From assembly GCA_963702205.1 (NCBI GenBank), contig OY969724.1:480001-544000 (forward strand): a DNA stretch of 64,000 nucleotides. Reading direction: 5' to 3'. The notes beneath the pieces were generated by a model that had not been told where the DNA came from, ran no database searches, and saw only the letters and a list, made by a program, of their open reading frames with translations. Positions 40,671-51,582 of this stretch are shown here, piece after piece (the stretch's first letter is position 1; each line of letters opens with the position of its first letter). This stretch comes from an uncultured candidate division Zixibacteria bacterium (lineage in GTDB: Bacteria; Zixibacteria; MSB-5A5; GN15; PGXB01). Both the position numbers and the translations under genes were made by a program.

Positions 40671-40779
40671 TTCTCCACTCCTCGCGAAATGTTTATGTTT
40701 GTAAATTATATATTCTTATCCCGGCTCTTAAATTCAGGCGGAAGGTTAGTTTGTGTGAAGCGGGATTCCATCCATATAT

Positions 40780-40808
40780 AAAATACGTCGTATTCGTAAT
40801 TGTGTCAA
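40780..40808 (-). promoter_or_regulatory. Sigma70-type promoter for the peptide/TPR-bEBP operon
   Basis: TTGACA-N17-TATTTT. Confidence 0.55.
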
Positions 40809-41053
40809 GCGATTTTATGGTTTTCTCGATGAACAACAACGGGTTACAACGACACTCAAAACCCCGCGATGAGGCTTGGAAGGCCCTTCGGCGCGGTTTT
40901 GCGCCCCGATGCTGCCATGGTCGTACCCTCTTTATTCAAAAATATATTGCACAAGCACGCCGCCCGGTCGTCTGACATACCGGGATAAATATTACTCGGA
41001 TGTCGACTGAAAGGCAGTCCCCAAAAGGTAATTTATCGTACGGAGGGCAGTTA

Positions 41054-43720
41054 ATGCACACGCAAAGGTTGGGAATTAAATTTGCGGTCTCGAGTCTTTT
41101 TATTTTTCTCTTAACCACCACCACTATTTTAGGAAGAGCGAAATTCGACGACGGTAATTACCGTGAGCCGGATCATCAGAAGGCATTAGTAAGTACAGTT
41201 CCCTGTGTCACTTTTGCCATGCACGATATTAACAAAATGGGCCTGGCCGTTTCCAACCAGGGTCATTTCGGGACGGGATTCGCCGGGGGAGGCAGCGGCG
41301 TCGACGACAGCACCGGGGTTGCCCTTCAATCGGCCATGTATCCGTACCCGGGCAATGTCTCATATTTGTTTGCCGGGGCCTTCTGGATAGGCTCTATTGT
41401 GGGACGTGACACTCTTGTCTCGATGGGTGCCGACGGCTGGCTGCAAACCCGTGAGATGTGGCCTCCGACCTGCGGCTTTCCCCAAAACGGCGGGATAAAA
41501 AGGCTGTCCATTTCCGATCCCGAAGACGTTGTCGCCGGGGCTCTGTCCGAACAGGACTATATCGCCATTTATTCCGACACCCTGACCGACAGCCGCTATG
41601 TTATCAATGACGGCTATGACGGTCGCCCTCACCATCCTCTGAATATTGCCGTAACGCAGCGCAGTATGGGTTGGTCATACAGTTACGCCGAAGATTTCAT
41701 CCTGTTCGATTATGCAATCAAAAACATCGGACGACAGGACCTTCAGGCGGTTTATATGGGGATTTACGTTGACGGCGACGTCGGCCCGTCCAGCAGAGAC
41801 CCAAACGAAGCCCTGGACGATATCTGCGGGTTCAAGCAGTGGATACCCAGCCCCATGCAGAATGTCGATCCCGCCTGCGGGTTCATCGATACCATAAACA
41901 TCGCCTGGATTTCCGACAACGATGGCCGTACTAACAACACCGGTCAACCGTCATGTCCGGCCGGTTTTGATTTTACCAGCGTTACCGGAACCCGCGTAGT
42001 TAGAACACCGTCGGATTCATTGAAATATTCCTTTAACTGGTGGATTTCCAATGGCAATCCAAGCCAGGATTTCGGACCGAGAAAATCAGGTACTCCCCAG
42101 GACCCTTTCCGCGACTTCGGCGGTTTTCTGGGAACACCTGAAGGAGACCGCAATAAGTATTATATAATGCGGCACGAGGAGTTCGATTACGATCAGATAT
42201 TCAGCAATGTCGACCAGACCGCCGAAGGGTGGCTGGCCCCTTCGGATGACGGCGATGATTTCGCCAATGGCTACGATACTCGTTATCTTTTATCTTTCGG
42301 ACCGTTCGACATTTCTCCGGGAGAGATCCTGCGCGTCAGCTTTGCCTATGTGGGAGGTGAAAGATTCCTGACCGATTGCGACGCCTTCAACGACCGGTGG
42401 AGCAGCCAAAACCCTCAGGAATATTACAATTACCTTAATTTTCACGATCTCGGCCTCAATTCGGTCTGGGCGTCGTGGATTTATGATAATCCTAATCGCG
42501 ATTCCAACGGCAATAAATACTTCGGGAAATACCGCGTTTGCTGCAAAGACACATCCGAGGTCATAACCGTTATTTCCGAAGATCCCCTCGTGACGGAAAC
42601 CACCATGGTTTGTAATAGAGCCGATACGATGTGGTACGAGGGCGACGGTATACCCGATTTCGAGGGCGCCCAACCCCCAATTGCCCCTAAATTCTGGACT
42701 TATCCCCGGGTCAACGAATTCAACGAAGGCGAATTGGTGGTTCGATTCAATGGTTTCGAATCCGAAACGGTTCCCGACAATTTCAGCGGCGAGCTCGATT
42801 TCGAGGGTTATCGCGTCTGGAGCGCTCTATCTTCCGATCCGGATGAATTCAGCCGCCTGGCGAGTTTCGACATCGAGGATTTTAACCGTTGGGAGTACGA
42901 CAGCGACAACGGCATCTGGGTCATTCGCCGCATCCCTTTCACGCTGGCGGAGCTCCACAGCCTGTACGGAAATGACTTCAACCCCGATAATTATACCCGT
43001 GATAATTTGTACTACGATGAGAATGAAGGGCAATACTTCTGGTTTTCGCCGCAGGACTGGAACCAATCCAGCCTGACCGACACGACTATCATCCAAAAAA
43101 AATATCCTGACGAACTTTCCCCCACGATTCTCGACCCGGATTCGGCCGCGATTTACTACCCCGAAGAACTCACCGACGACGGGTATTTCAAATATTACGA
43201 GTATGAATACACGATCCGCAAGCTGCTGCCGTCACAGTTGTACGATGTGGCCGTGACGGCTTTCGACTACGGCTCTCCGGTCAGCGGCCTGCCGTCTCTG
43301 GAAACGGCCATCAGCCGCAACATGATGGCGGCGTACGCCCAAAACAGCAATTCCGAAGTGGAGCGGCGCGGCCTCAACGTTGTCGTCTATCCCAATCCGT
43401 ATCGTATCGACGGCAATTATCAGAGCGTCGAAGGAGGCGCGTTCGAGGGGCGCAATGTCGATCCATCGTTGTCGAGCGACCGTAAACGGGCGATCCATTT
43501 TTCCAACCTGCCGAATAAATGCACTATTCGGATTTTCTCGATAGACGGCGACCTTATCCGTCAGATAGAACACGACATGCCCAAAGATGAACCGACAAGC
43601 ATGCACGACAGCTGGGACCTGATAACCCGCAATACACAATCGGTCGTTTCGGGGATTTATTATTATTCGGTGGAATCGGAGTACGGCCACCAGATTGGCA
43701 AGCTGGTTATAATTTTGTAG
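41054..43720 (+). CDS. Large secreted protein with T9SS-like/FlgD-Ig C-terminal domain
   Basis: Signal peptide; C-terminal VVVYPNPY...IRIFSIDGDLIR...WDL...VSGIYYY...GKLVIIL. Confidence 0.75.
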   Translation: MHTQRLGIKFAVSSLFIFLLTTTTILGRAKFDDGNYREPDHQKALVSTVPCVTFAMHDINKMGLAVSNQGHFGTGFAGGGSGVDDSTGVALQSAMYPYPGNVSYLFAGAFWIGSIVGRDTLVSMGADGWLQTREMWPPTCGFPQNGGIKRLSISDPEDVVAGALSEQDYIAIYSDTLTDSRYVINDGYDGRPHHPLNIAVTQRSMGWSYSYAEDFILFDYAIKNIGRQDLQAVYMGIYVDGDVGPSSRDPNEALDDICGFKQWIPSPMQNVDPACGFIDTINIAWISDNDGRTNNTGQPSCPAGFDFTSVTGTRVVRTPSDSLKYSFNWWISNGNPSQDFGPRKSGTPQDPFRDFGGFLGTPEGDRNKYYIMRHEEFDYDQIFSNVDQTAEGWLAPSDDGDDFANGYDTRYLLSFGPFDISPGEILRVSFAYVGGERFLTDCDAFNDRWSSQNPQEYYNYLNFHDLGLNSVWASWIYDNPNRDSNGNKYFGKYRVCCKDTSEVITVISEDPLVTETTMVCNRADTMWYEGDGIPDFEGAQPPIAPKFWTYPRVNEFNEGELVVRFNGFESETVPDNFSGELDFEGYRVWSALSSDPDEFSRLASFDIEDFNRWEYDSDNGIWVIRRIPFTLAELHSLYGNDFNPDNYTRDNLYYDENEGQYFWFSPQDWNQSSLTDTTIIQKKYPDELSPTILDPDSAAIYYPEELTDDGYFKYYEYEYTIRKLLPSQLYDVAVTAFDYGSPVSGLPSLETAISRNMMAAYAQNSNSEVERRGLNVVVYPNPYRIDGNYQSVEGGAFEGRNVDPSLSSDRKRAIHFSNLPNKCTIRIFSIDGDLIRQIEHDMPKDEPTSMHDSWDLITRNTQSVVSGIYYYSVESEYGHQIGKLVIIL

Positions 43721-43751
43721 GCGTTTGCCCACGAAATTGCGCGTTCAGTAC

Positions 43752-43781
43752 GGGGCGGCCATGTTGCCGCCCCTGTTTTTT
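43752..43781 (+). terminator. Intrinsic terminator
   Basis: GGGGCGGC-catgtt-GCCGCCCC followed by TGTTTTTT. Confidence 0.72.
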
Positions 43782-43784
43782 AAG

Positions 43785-44030
43785 TCAATCTCCGGCTTTC
43801 AGCAAATCGTACGGGTTAAAAACCTTTTTCACGATCGGCTCGATTTCGCTCTGGGTATACGCACGAAAGGTCTGGGTACGGACGTTACCCAGGCTGGACA
43901 GGCTGTAGGAATGAGCCATGGCGTCTTCTTCGCTTTCCACTTCGAAAATGTGCACGACGTCGAAAACACCGGCGGTCCAGAAAGTATTTACTATTTTTAT
44001 GCCCCTCTGCTTCGCCTGCCGGAATTCAAA
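43785..44030 (-). pseudogene. 5'-truncated GYD-domain gene remnant
   Basis: Manual translation GIKIVNTFWTAGVFDVVHIFEVESEEDAMAH...LGNVRTQTFRAY. There is an in-frame TAG upstream and no recognisable N-terminus. Confidence 0.6.
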
Positions 44031-44115
44031 AATATCCCAACGCTATTCTTCATAAGAATTCAGAACCTTCGGGCGGTGGGGCATCCCAATGTCGATATGA
44101 GTTATGATAAATATT

Positions 44116-44326
44116 CGTACATAAAAAATACGCCATCAGGGATTCGCAAAGTCCTGAACGTAGTGAAGGAAACCCCGGACCGACTGACCACAATTCCGTA
44201 CATAAAAAATACGCCATCAGTGATTCGCAAAGTCCTGAACGTAGTGAAGGAAACCCCGGACCGACTGACCACAATTCCGTACATAAAAAATACGCCATCA
44301 GGGATTCGAACCCCGGACCGACTGAT
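44116..44326 (-). repeat. 81-bp tandem repeats made of the tRNA-Lys(CTT) 3' half with a 24-bp insert in the T-loop
   Basis: Units start at 44116, 44197 and 44278; the last overlaps the real tRNA. Confidence 0.9.
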
Positions 44327-44363
44327 TAAGAGTCAGCTGCTCTACCAACTGAGCTAATGGCGC
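44291..44363 (-). tRNA. tRNA-Lys (CTT), CCA not encoded
   Basis: GCGCCATTAGCTCAGTTGGTAGAGCAGCTGACT-CTT-AATCAG...GGTTCGAATCC...TGGCGTA cloverleaf. Confidence 0.95.
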
Positions 44364-44377
44364 ATTTCCAAAATTTG

Positions 44378-44449
44378 TGAGGGTGGAAGGGATCGAACCT
44401 TCGACCACCTGCTTAAAAGGCAGATGCTCTACCACTGAGCTACACCCCC
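44378..44449 (-). tRNA. tRNA-Lys (TTT), CCA not encoded
   Basis: GGGGGTGTAGCTCAGTGGTAGAGCATCTGCCT-TTT-AAGCAGG...GGTTCGATCC...ACCCTCA cloverleaf. Confidence 0.95.
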
Positions 44450-44468
44450 GGCCTTAAAGGCGAATCAC

Positions 44469-44496
44469 ATTATAAAAAAAGCCGAGGATATGTCAA
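44469..44496 (-). promoter_or_regulatory. Consensus sigma70 promoter of the tRNA pair
   Basis: TTGACA-N16-TATAAT. Confidence 0.8.
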
Positions 44497-44509
44497 CATC
44501 CTTTTTGCC

Positions 44510-45034
44510 CTATTTGACGATATCCACCAGTTCGACGTCGAAAATGAGGGTCGCATTGGGCGGTATAACTCCCGGATAGCCTTTATTACCATACGCCAGT
44601 TCCGGCGGAATCGTCAGCTTGCGCTTCTCACCCACTTTCATATCCAGCAAAGCCTCGTCCCAGCCCTTTATAACTTTGCCAACCCCGACCTGGAACTGAA
44701 GCGGTTCGCCACGGTCGACCGAGCTGTCGAATTTCTTACCGTCGACCAGCCAGCCCGTATAGTGGGCCTTGACGATATCGCCTTTTTTCGGGACCGGGCC
44801 GGTGCCTTCTTTCAGCACGATATATTTCAGACCCGATTTGGTCGTGATTTCTTTCTGAGCCGTTTCATCTTTTTTCGCCGACGCGCTGTCGGCGGGCATA
44901 TCCCTGGATTCCGAAGTCATAGCGGTACTTTCTTTTGCGTCCTTTTTAACTGCTTTAGTGGAGTCCGACATATCGGCAAAAGCCGTCGCGAATAAGAAAA
45001 GCAGCGTCAGCGTCACCAATGTAAATTTAAGCAC
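44510..45034 (-). CDS. Exported FKBP-type peptidyl-prolyl isomerase
   Basis: GTG start after GGAGGA; signal peptide; HYTGWL, FDSS, VIKGWDE, ELAYG and [13 protein letters not shown] motifs. Confidence 0.92.
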   Translation of the reverse strand: MLKFTLVTLTLLFLFATAFADMSDSTKAVKKDAKESTAMTSESRDMPADSASAKKDETAQKEITTKSGLKYIVLKEGTGPVPKKGDIVKAHYTGWLVDGKKFDSSVDRGEPLQFQVGVGKVIKGWDEALLDMKVGEKRKLTIPPELAYGNKGYPGVIPPNATLIFDVELVDIVK

Positions 45035-45144
45035 GATTATTCCTCCCCGGCAAAAATTAAGGGTGAACAAATCCAATATATGCTATACGTATGGAATTGT
45101 CCACCCTCAAAAAACAATCGAGTATATCGAGTATATCGACTATA

Positions 45145-47037
45145 TCAGCTTCCCAGCAGCTCCTTTTCGTACTGGTCAACCAGTTCCTTAAGAATCTTGA
45201 AAACGTTGTTGACCGGTTCGGGCGAGGTCATATCGATGCCGGCTTTCTTTAAGATGTCGATCGGGTAGGCCGACGAGCCGGTTTTGATAAACTGCAGGTA
45301 CGCCTCTTTCGCCCCGGGCTTGCCGTCGAGAATCATCTGCGACAACATCTGCGACGCGGCATAGCTGGTGGCGTACTGGTAGACGTAGAACTCCCGATAA
45401 AAATGACTTATCCGCAGGCAGCCGATGTCGTTGATCGGCAGCAGGTCCACGTCGGGTCCTTCGTATTTTTCGAAAATTTCGCGGTACATCGCACGCATCG
45501 ATTCGGCCGTCAAAGCGCCGCCGTTTTCGATCGTCTCGTGCGCTTTCAGTTCGAATTCGGTGAACATCACCTGCATGAAGAACGTCCCGATAATCTGTTG
45601 AATGTAATAATCAAGCAGGTACAGCCGCTCTTTCTTGTCTTTGGAGTGCTTCAGCAGATATTTGAGCATGATCGATTCGTTGCAGGTCGAGGCCACCTCG
45701 GCGCAGAACAGCGAATGACCGGCATAGATGTATGGTTCGTTTTTGTTGGTATAATAGCCGTGCATGGCGTGACCCATCTCGTGGGCCAGCGTCGATACCG
45801 AGTTTAGTGTTCCGTTATAGTTGAGAAGCATCACCGGGTGGACGGCATACGTGCCCCAGGTGTACGCACCCGTGCCCTTGGCTTTGGTTTCGTAGACGTC
45901 GATCCAGCGTGAATCGAAAGCTTTCTTGACGTTGTCCAGATAATCCTGCCCGAGCGGCTTGAGCGCGGTCAGGACCATTTTTTGGGCGGTCGGGTAATCG
46001 TAATTAATGTCCGGCTTTTCGACCAGCGGGATATACAAATCGTATTTGTACAGCGTGTCGTAGCCGAGGACTTTCTTTCTCAGTGCGTTATATTTATAAA
46101 TTATGGGCAGATTATCATTGGTGGCCTTGACCAGATTGTCAACGACCTCTTCAGGGATATCATTGCCGAACAGCGAATTGGCCAGGCACGATTTATAATC
46201 GCGGGCCTGGGCGACAAAATAATCCGACTGAATCGACGCCGCCATGGTGGCACCGAGGCTGTTCTGGACTTTGGCGTAGGCGCTGTCGTAAGCGGTCGCC
46301 GCGCGTTTTCTCAGTTCACGACCGCCTTCATCGAGAATCCGGCTGTAGCGTTCGGGCGTCAGTTCGATTTCACTGCCGTCGGTATCCTTGATCGTCCCGT
46401 AATTCATGTCGGCCGTTTCCAGCATATTGAAAATATCGCTGGGCGTACGCATCAACGGCGAGGCCATCGCCAGGACTTTTTCCACTTCGGGTGACATGAT
46501 GTGCGCCTTGCGGCGGATCAGGTCTTCGAGATAGAATCGATATATGCCGAGACGTTTATTGGAATCGATAAACTGTTCGAGCTTGTCGTTGTCGATCTGG
46601 AGAATCTCCGGTTCGGCGCAGGATGTGACCTGGCTGAGCTGCGAGCTCAGAGCGTATGCACGCTGACTCATCTCCTGGTACTTGCTGATGCGGTTGTCTT
46701 CGTCGCGCTTGAGATTGGCGTAGACGAACAACCGGTGCAGGTTCATGCCGAGTGAATCCGAGCGTTCCAGAAATTCGGCCAGTTCGTCCGATGATTCGCC
46801 GAGATGACCCTCGTACCCGGCCATGGTCGGAATGACTTCTTTGAGGCTGGCCAGATTCGCTTCCCAGTCATCATCGCTGGCGAAGAAATCGGTCAAATCC
46901 CATTTGTATTGATCCTCGATCTGGTCGCGGGTCGGAATTTCATCGACCTGCGCCACGACCGGAGAGTTCCACATCGCGGCCAGCATAAGCATCGCGAACA
47001 GACCGGCCAGAATGCGGAAACCTTGGTGCTTGGACAT
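45145..47037 (-). CDS. pepF: Oligoendopeptidase F (M3B) with signal peptide
   Basis: N-terminal signal peptide; KWDLTD, RWIDV, TLAHEMGHAMH and CAEVAST motifs. Confidence 0.9.
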   Translation of the reverse strand: MSKHQGFRILAGLFAMLMLAAMWNSPVVAQVDEIPTRDQIEDQYKWDLTDFFASDDDWEANLASLKEVIPTMAGYEGHLGESSDELAEFLERSDSLGMNLHRLFVYANLKRDEDNRISKYQEMSQRAYALSSQLSQVTSCAEPEILQIDNDKLEQFIDSNKRLGIYRFYLEDLIRRKAHIMSPEVEKVLAMASPLMRTPSDIFNMLETADMNYGTIKDTDGSEIELTPERYSRILDEGGRELRKRAATAYDSAYAKVQNSLGATMAASIQSDYFVAQARDYKSCLANSLFGNDIPEEVVDNLVKATNDNLPIIYKYNALRKKVLGYDTLYKYDLYIPLVEKPDINYDYPTAQKMVLTALKPLGQDYLDNVKKAFDSRWIDVYETKAKGTGAYTWGTYAVHPVMLLNYNGTLNSVSTLAHEMGHAMHGYYTNKNEPYIYAGHSLFCAEVASTCNESIMLKYLLKHSKDKKERLYLLDYYIQQIIGTFFMQVMFTEFELKAHETIENGGALTAESMRAMYREIFEKYEGPDVDLLPINDIGCLRISHFYREFYVYQYATSYAASQMLSQMILDGKPGAKEAYLQFIKTGSSAYPIDILKKAGIDMTSPEPVNNVFKILKELVDQYEKELLGS

Positions 47038-47342
47038 TAACATTCCTCCTGTTTATTTCATTGAAAAAGCGGATTTATCGCGCTTTCGGTGGCAGGCATA
47101 AATCCATCCATTATTGTGGATTACGTTTCAAATTTAATAAGGTTTAAAGATATACGAATATTTATTTCCATCAAGACTTATAATCAGCGGTTTTGGGCGG
47201 CGATGTCCAAATACTTTAACGCCCGGATTTTGGGACACAATATATAGAAGTGGTCCCGAACGAGGCAGCCGTAAGGCGGCCGGGATAGGCGATTTTATCC
47301 AAAAAAATCACGATTTATGCCCCCCTTTAAGGCAAATACCTA

Positions 47343-47370
47343 TTGACAAACCCCGGAAAATTTCTAAAAT
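47343..47370 (+). promoter_or_regulatory. Sigma70 promoter of gdhA
   Basis: TTGACA-N16-TAAAAT. Confidence 0.68.
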
Positions 47371-47387
47371 AGACTGACAAAATGAAC

Positions 47388-47405
47388 TTGTGAAATTTTT
47401 AACAA
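47388..47405. promoter_or_regulatory. Rex-like operator
   Basis: TTGTGAA-ATTT-TTAACAA, one mismatch to the TTGTGAA-N4-TTCACAA consensus, just downstream of the -10 box. Confidence 0.55.
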
Positions 47406-47435
47406 ACTATTTTGCGATACTAAAACACAATCTGA

Positions 47436-48791
<1,356 letters not shown>

Positions 48792-48819
48792 TTAAGACGT
48801 TACGTGCTTTATATACACG

Positions 48820-48850
48820 AAGCGGGAGTCATCCGACTCCCGCTTTTTAT
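48820..48850 (+). terminator. gdhA terminator
   Basis: AAGCGGGAGTC-atcc-GACTCCCGCTT followed by TTT. Confidence 0.8.
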
Positions 48851-48869
48851 TTGCACTATACTTGAACCA

Positions 48870-49483
48870 GTAGGTCGGGTTCTGAATCCCGTGCAACGGG
48901 ATGAAAAACCCGACATCTTTAATAATGTCATTCCCCAAATACCCTCTAATGTCATTCCCTAAATGTCCCCCAAAATGTCATTCCCGACTTGATCGGGAAT
49001 CCATCTTCTTCTTTCAAATCTTGTAACCCACCCAACGGGTGGTTGGTTATGAATATGCACCTGCGTAAGGAACCCTACCCTAAAGGGCCTGTTGAAAAAG
49101 GGGTACAAATATGTTCCATCAGGTGCTGATCCCGACGAAATCGGGATTGATGCCTGACGGCCCTTTGCCCTCAATACTCTTAAGACTGTCAGGTCACACG
49201 CCCCGATAAATCGGGACGCAAGACCTGGCAGAACTGAAACTCGTACGTTGTGATCGGCGGGTCCTCGGACCCGCCGACAACCCGGTCGGTCTGAGGACCA
49301 ACCGGGCACAACGCCGGGACACAGGACCTGACAGAACGGTTGAAACTCCGGTAGGTCGGGTTCTGAATCCCGTGTAACGGGATGAAAAACCCGACATCTT
49401 TAATAATGTCATTCCCCAAATACCCTCAAATGTTATTCCCTAAATGTCCCCCAAAATGTCATTCCCGACTTGATCGGGAATCC
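48870..49483. repeat. REP/BIME-like cluster with a 133-bp direct repeat (48870-49002, 49351-49483)
   Basis: GTAGGTCGGGTT...AACCCGAC plus GTCATTCCCGACTTGATCGGGAATCC; a third, diverged copy at 51583-51691. Confidence 0.88.
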
Positions 49484-49631
49484 GGTTCATAGTCTGGCAG
49501 ATCATGCAATCATTTTGTGAATGTCGACGAACCCGACCTATTTTTTGCTGACATAGGTTTAATAATTGCGAAAATCAACAAGAGTGGCAATTTATAATCT
49601 TATTTGAGAATTTATCGGCTTAAGTTCATTA

Positions 49632-50018
49632 TTAGTCATTAGAGAAATTCTCTGCAAAAAAATCTTTTATATCTTGAGGCGTTCTTTTCGAATTCATTAG
49701 CCCTTCTTGAAGTTCTTTAATTTTTGCGTCATCGAATTTTTCTCGTGGCTCAATCATTCGCCCTTTAACGCGTCTAATAATATCTTCTTTTTTAAGTATT
49801 CTGGCATCCGAGAAACTAACAACAGTTTCGTGTCTAATAAAATTATGATCGCCTGGCAAAAGTATAACTGTAGTATCAGAATGAGTTTTTCTAGAAGTTA
49901 AATAAACGACAATGACTTCTTCGGAAATGTCCGTTGCGGGAGTAATAACCACCCAGAGATGACCGTTCAATAAGAAAGTAGAGCCGCAACAACAATCGAA
50001 ATTTACTTGATTAATCAA
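49632..50018 (-). CDS. Putative PemK/MazF-like toxin
   Basis: HLWVVIT, VVYLTS and GDHNFIRHETVV motifs; overlaps the Panacea gene by 8 nt; AT-rich. Confidence 0.55.
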   Translation of the reverse strand: MINQVNFDCCCGSTFLLNGHLWVVITPATDISEEVIVVYLTSRKTHSDTTVILLPGDHNFIRHETVVSFSDARILKKEDIIRRVKGRMIEPREKFDDAKIKELQEGLMNSKRTPQDIKDFFAENFSND

Positions 50019-50559
50019 ACATTTGATCCAATAGTGCTATGTTTTCCAAATCGTTAATTATTGCTTCAATTTCGGCCTCTGTCTTATTACTTGCCCGCAA
50101 AATTTCTCTATAATCAATCCTAATGGATGATCCTTCGGGGTTTTCCCATTCGCCTAATGAATGTGTAAAGTCTCTAAGCTCCCAACGCGACTTACATCCA
50201 AATTCATTAAATATATCAATTAGGATTTGTTTCTCTGCCTCAGATAATTTTCCAATTCCAGGGTCTTCCTTAAGTGTGACTTCATGATTTGTCGGTGGAG
50301 TAATGAATTTGTTCCAGTAATCTCCGGCATTGGATTCCCCGTGCATTAGATTAAGAGTCATACTCAATACTGGTCCCTGATCCATTGAAACACATGAATC
50401 AAACGTTATTGGCCTTCCCAGACGATTAAGAGACTCCCGCTCCGAAAGATAAAGCAATTTCATAAGCTTAAGATGACTCATCGTATTGTTATTACCCCTA
50501 AGCTTTAGCAAAAAGGCTGCAGCCTGAGTGGCTTTATCTTCTCTAAATGATGGTTTCAT
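50011..50559 (-). CDS. Panacea-domain (SocA/DUF4065) antitoxin
   Basis: LKLMKLLYL, GRPITFD, GPV, ELRDFTH and EW motifs. Confidence 0.85.
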   Translation of the reverse strand: MKPSFREDKATQAAAFLLKLRGNNNTMSHLKLMKLLYLSERESLNRLGRPITFDSCVSMDQGPVLSMTLNLMHGESNAGDYWNKFITPPTNHEVTLKEDPGIGKLSEAEKQILIDIFNEFGCKSRWELRDFTHSLGEWENPEGSSIRIDYREILRASNKTEAEIEAIINDLENIALLDQMFD

Positions 50560-50614
50560 GGCTATTAATAATATCGACTAAAAACCCTTTATTCACAATC
50601 ACATTTTCTATAGT

Positions 50615-50644
50615 ATTATACACCTATCTTTAGAAACGTGTCAA
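50615..50644 (-). promoter_or_regulatory. Promoter of the TA pair
   Basis: TTGACA-N18-TATAAT. Confidence 0.65.
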
Positions 50645-50756
50645 TTACAAATTGCTCAGCCCTTTTGTCGGGTTTCTCGAAGACTCGGAACCCGACCTAC
50701 TTTTGGCTTTTTAATTTGATTTATGGGCCACTATCGTTATTTATTAATTCCATAAA

Positions 50757-51554
50757 TTGGAGCACTCCTTGACCGACGGAAAACAACAATTTCAGGATCT
50801 GGCCGGGGCATATCAAAAATGCCGGCCGTCATATCCGGATGAAATATTCCGGACTCTGCACCGCTACGTGTCCGCCGCTGGACTCTCAACCCGGCGCATC
50901 ATCGACGTCGGTTCCGGCACCGGCATCTCGACCCGTCTCCTCGCTCAAAATTTCGGACAAGAGTACAGCATTATCGGCGTCGAACCGGGCAAAGCCATGC
51001 TCGAACAGGCCCACGCCGGCTCTGGCGAATTCAAAAATATAACCTTCGTCAACGGTGCGGCCGAAAATCTTCCGATCGAAACCGCCTCCGCCGAACTTAT
51101 AACCGTGGCACAGGCGGCCCATTGGTTCGACCGCGGCCTCTTCTATGCCGAAACCGCGCGCATTCTCGAACCCGGCGGCTATCTGGGCATCATGCAAAAC
51201 AATCGCCGCTGGGACGAAGACGAATTCCAGGGCCTTTTCGAAGATTTCCTCGAGAAGTACAGCCCCAACTATACCCGTTATTACCGCGATTTCGATTTCC
51301 TCGGTGAGCTACAAAACTCCGATCATTTCAATAACGCCGAAAAAATAGTCGAACGCTGGGAGCGGAGCATGACCGCCGATGAATTTGTCGGGCTGTGCCT
51401 GTCGACAACATACATAGACCGCATCGTAAAAAAACTCGGCCGCGATGAAACGGTTGTTCTCATACGAAAGCTGATTTCGGCGCATCATAAAACCGGTCAG
51501 CCGGTCGTCGTCCCCTACCGCACCGAGCTATATCTCGCCCGGCGCAGCAAATAG
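50757..51554 (+). CDS. Class I SAM-dependent methyltransferase
   Basis: RPSYP, IDVGSGTG, GVEP, AQAAHWFD and LEPGG motifs. Start may be TTG 50769. Confidence 0.88.
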   Translation: MEHSLTDGKQQFQDLAGAYQKCRPSYPDEIFRTLHRYVSAAGLSTRRIIDVGSGTGISTRLLAQNFGQEYSIIGVEPGKAMLEQAHAGSGEFKNITFVNGAAENLPIETASAELITVAQAAHWFDRGLFYAETARILEPGGYLGIMQNNRRWDEDEFQGLFEDFLEKYSPNYTRYYRDFDFLGELQNSDHFNNAEKIVERWERSMTADEFVGLCLSTTYIDRIVKKLGRDETVVLIRKLISAHHKTGQPVVVPYRTELYLARRSK

Positions 51555-51582
51555 CAGAAACTAATCCGATACAAATGTTCCG

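Noticed and set aside
40888..40903. Sigma54 promoter (CGGCGCGGTTTTGC)
   Set aside because: GG-to-GC spacing is 9 nt rather than the required 10.
44116..44326. Possible CRISPR array
   Set aside because: The units are near-identical with no variable spacers, derive from tRNA, and there are no cas genes.
43725..44357. 210-aa ORF with internal peptide repeats
   Set aside because: Read-through of the antisense GYD remnant, the tRNA repeats and the tRNA.
45118..45146. Three 9-bp tandem repeats (TATATCGAG-like)
   Set aside because: Too short to assign a function; likely slippage.
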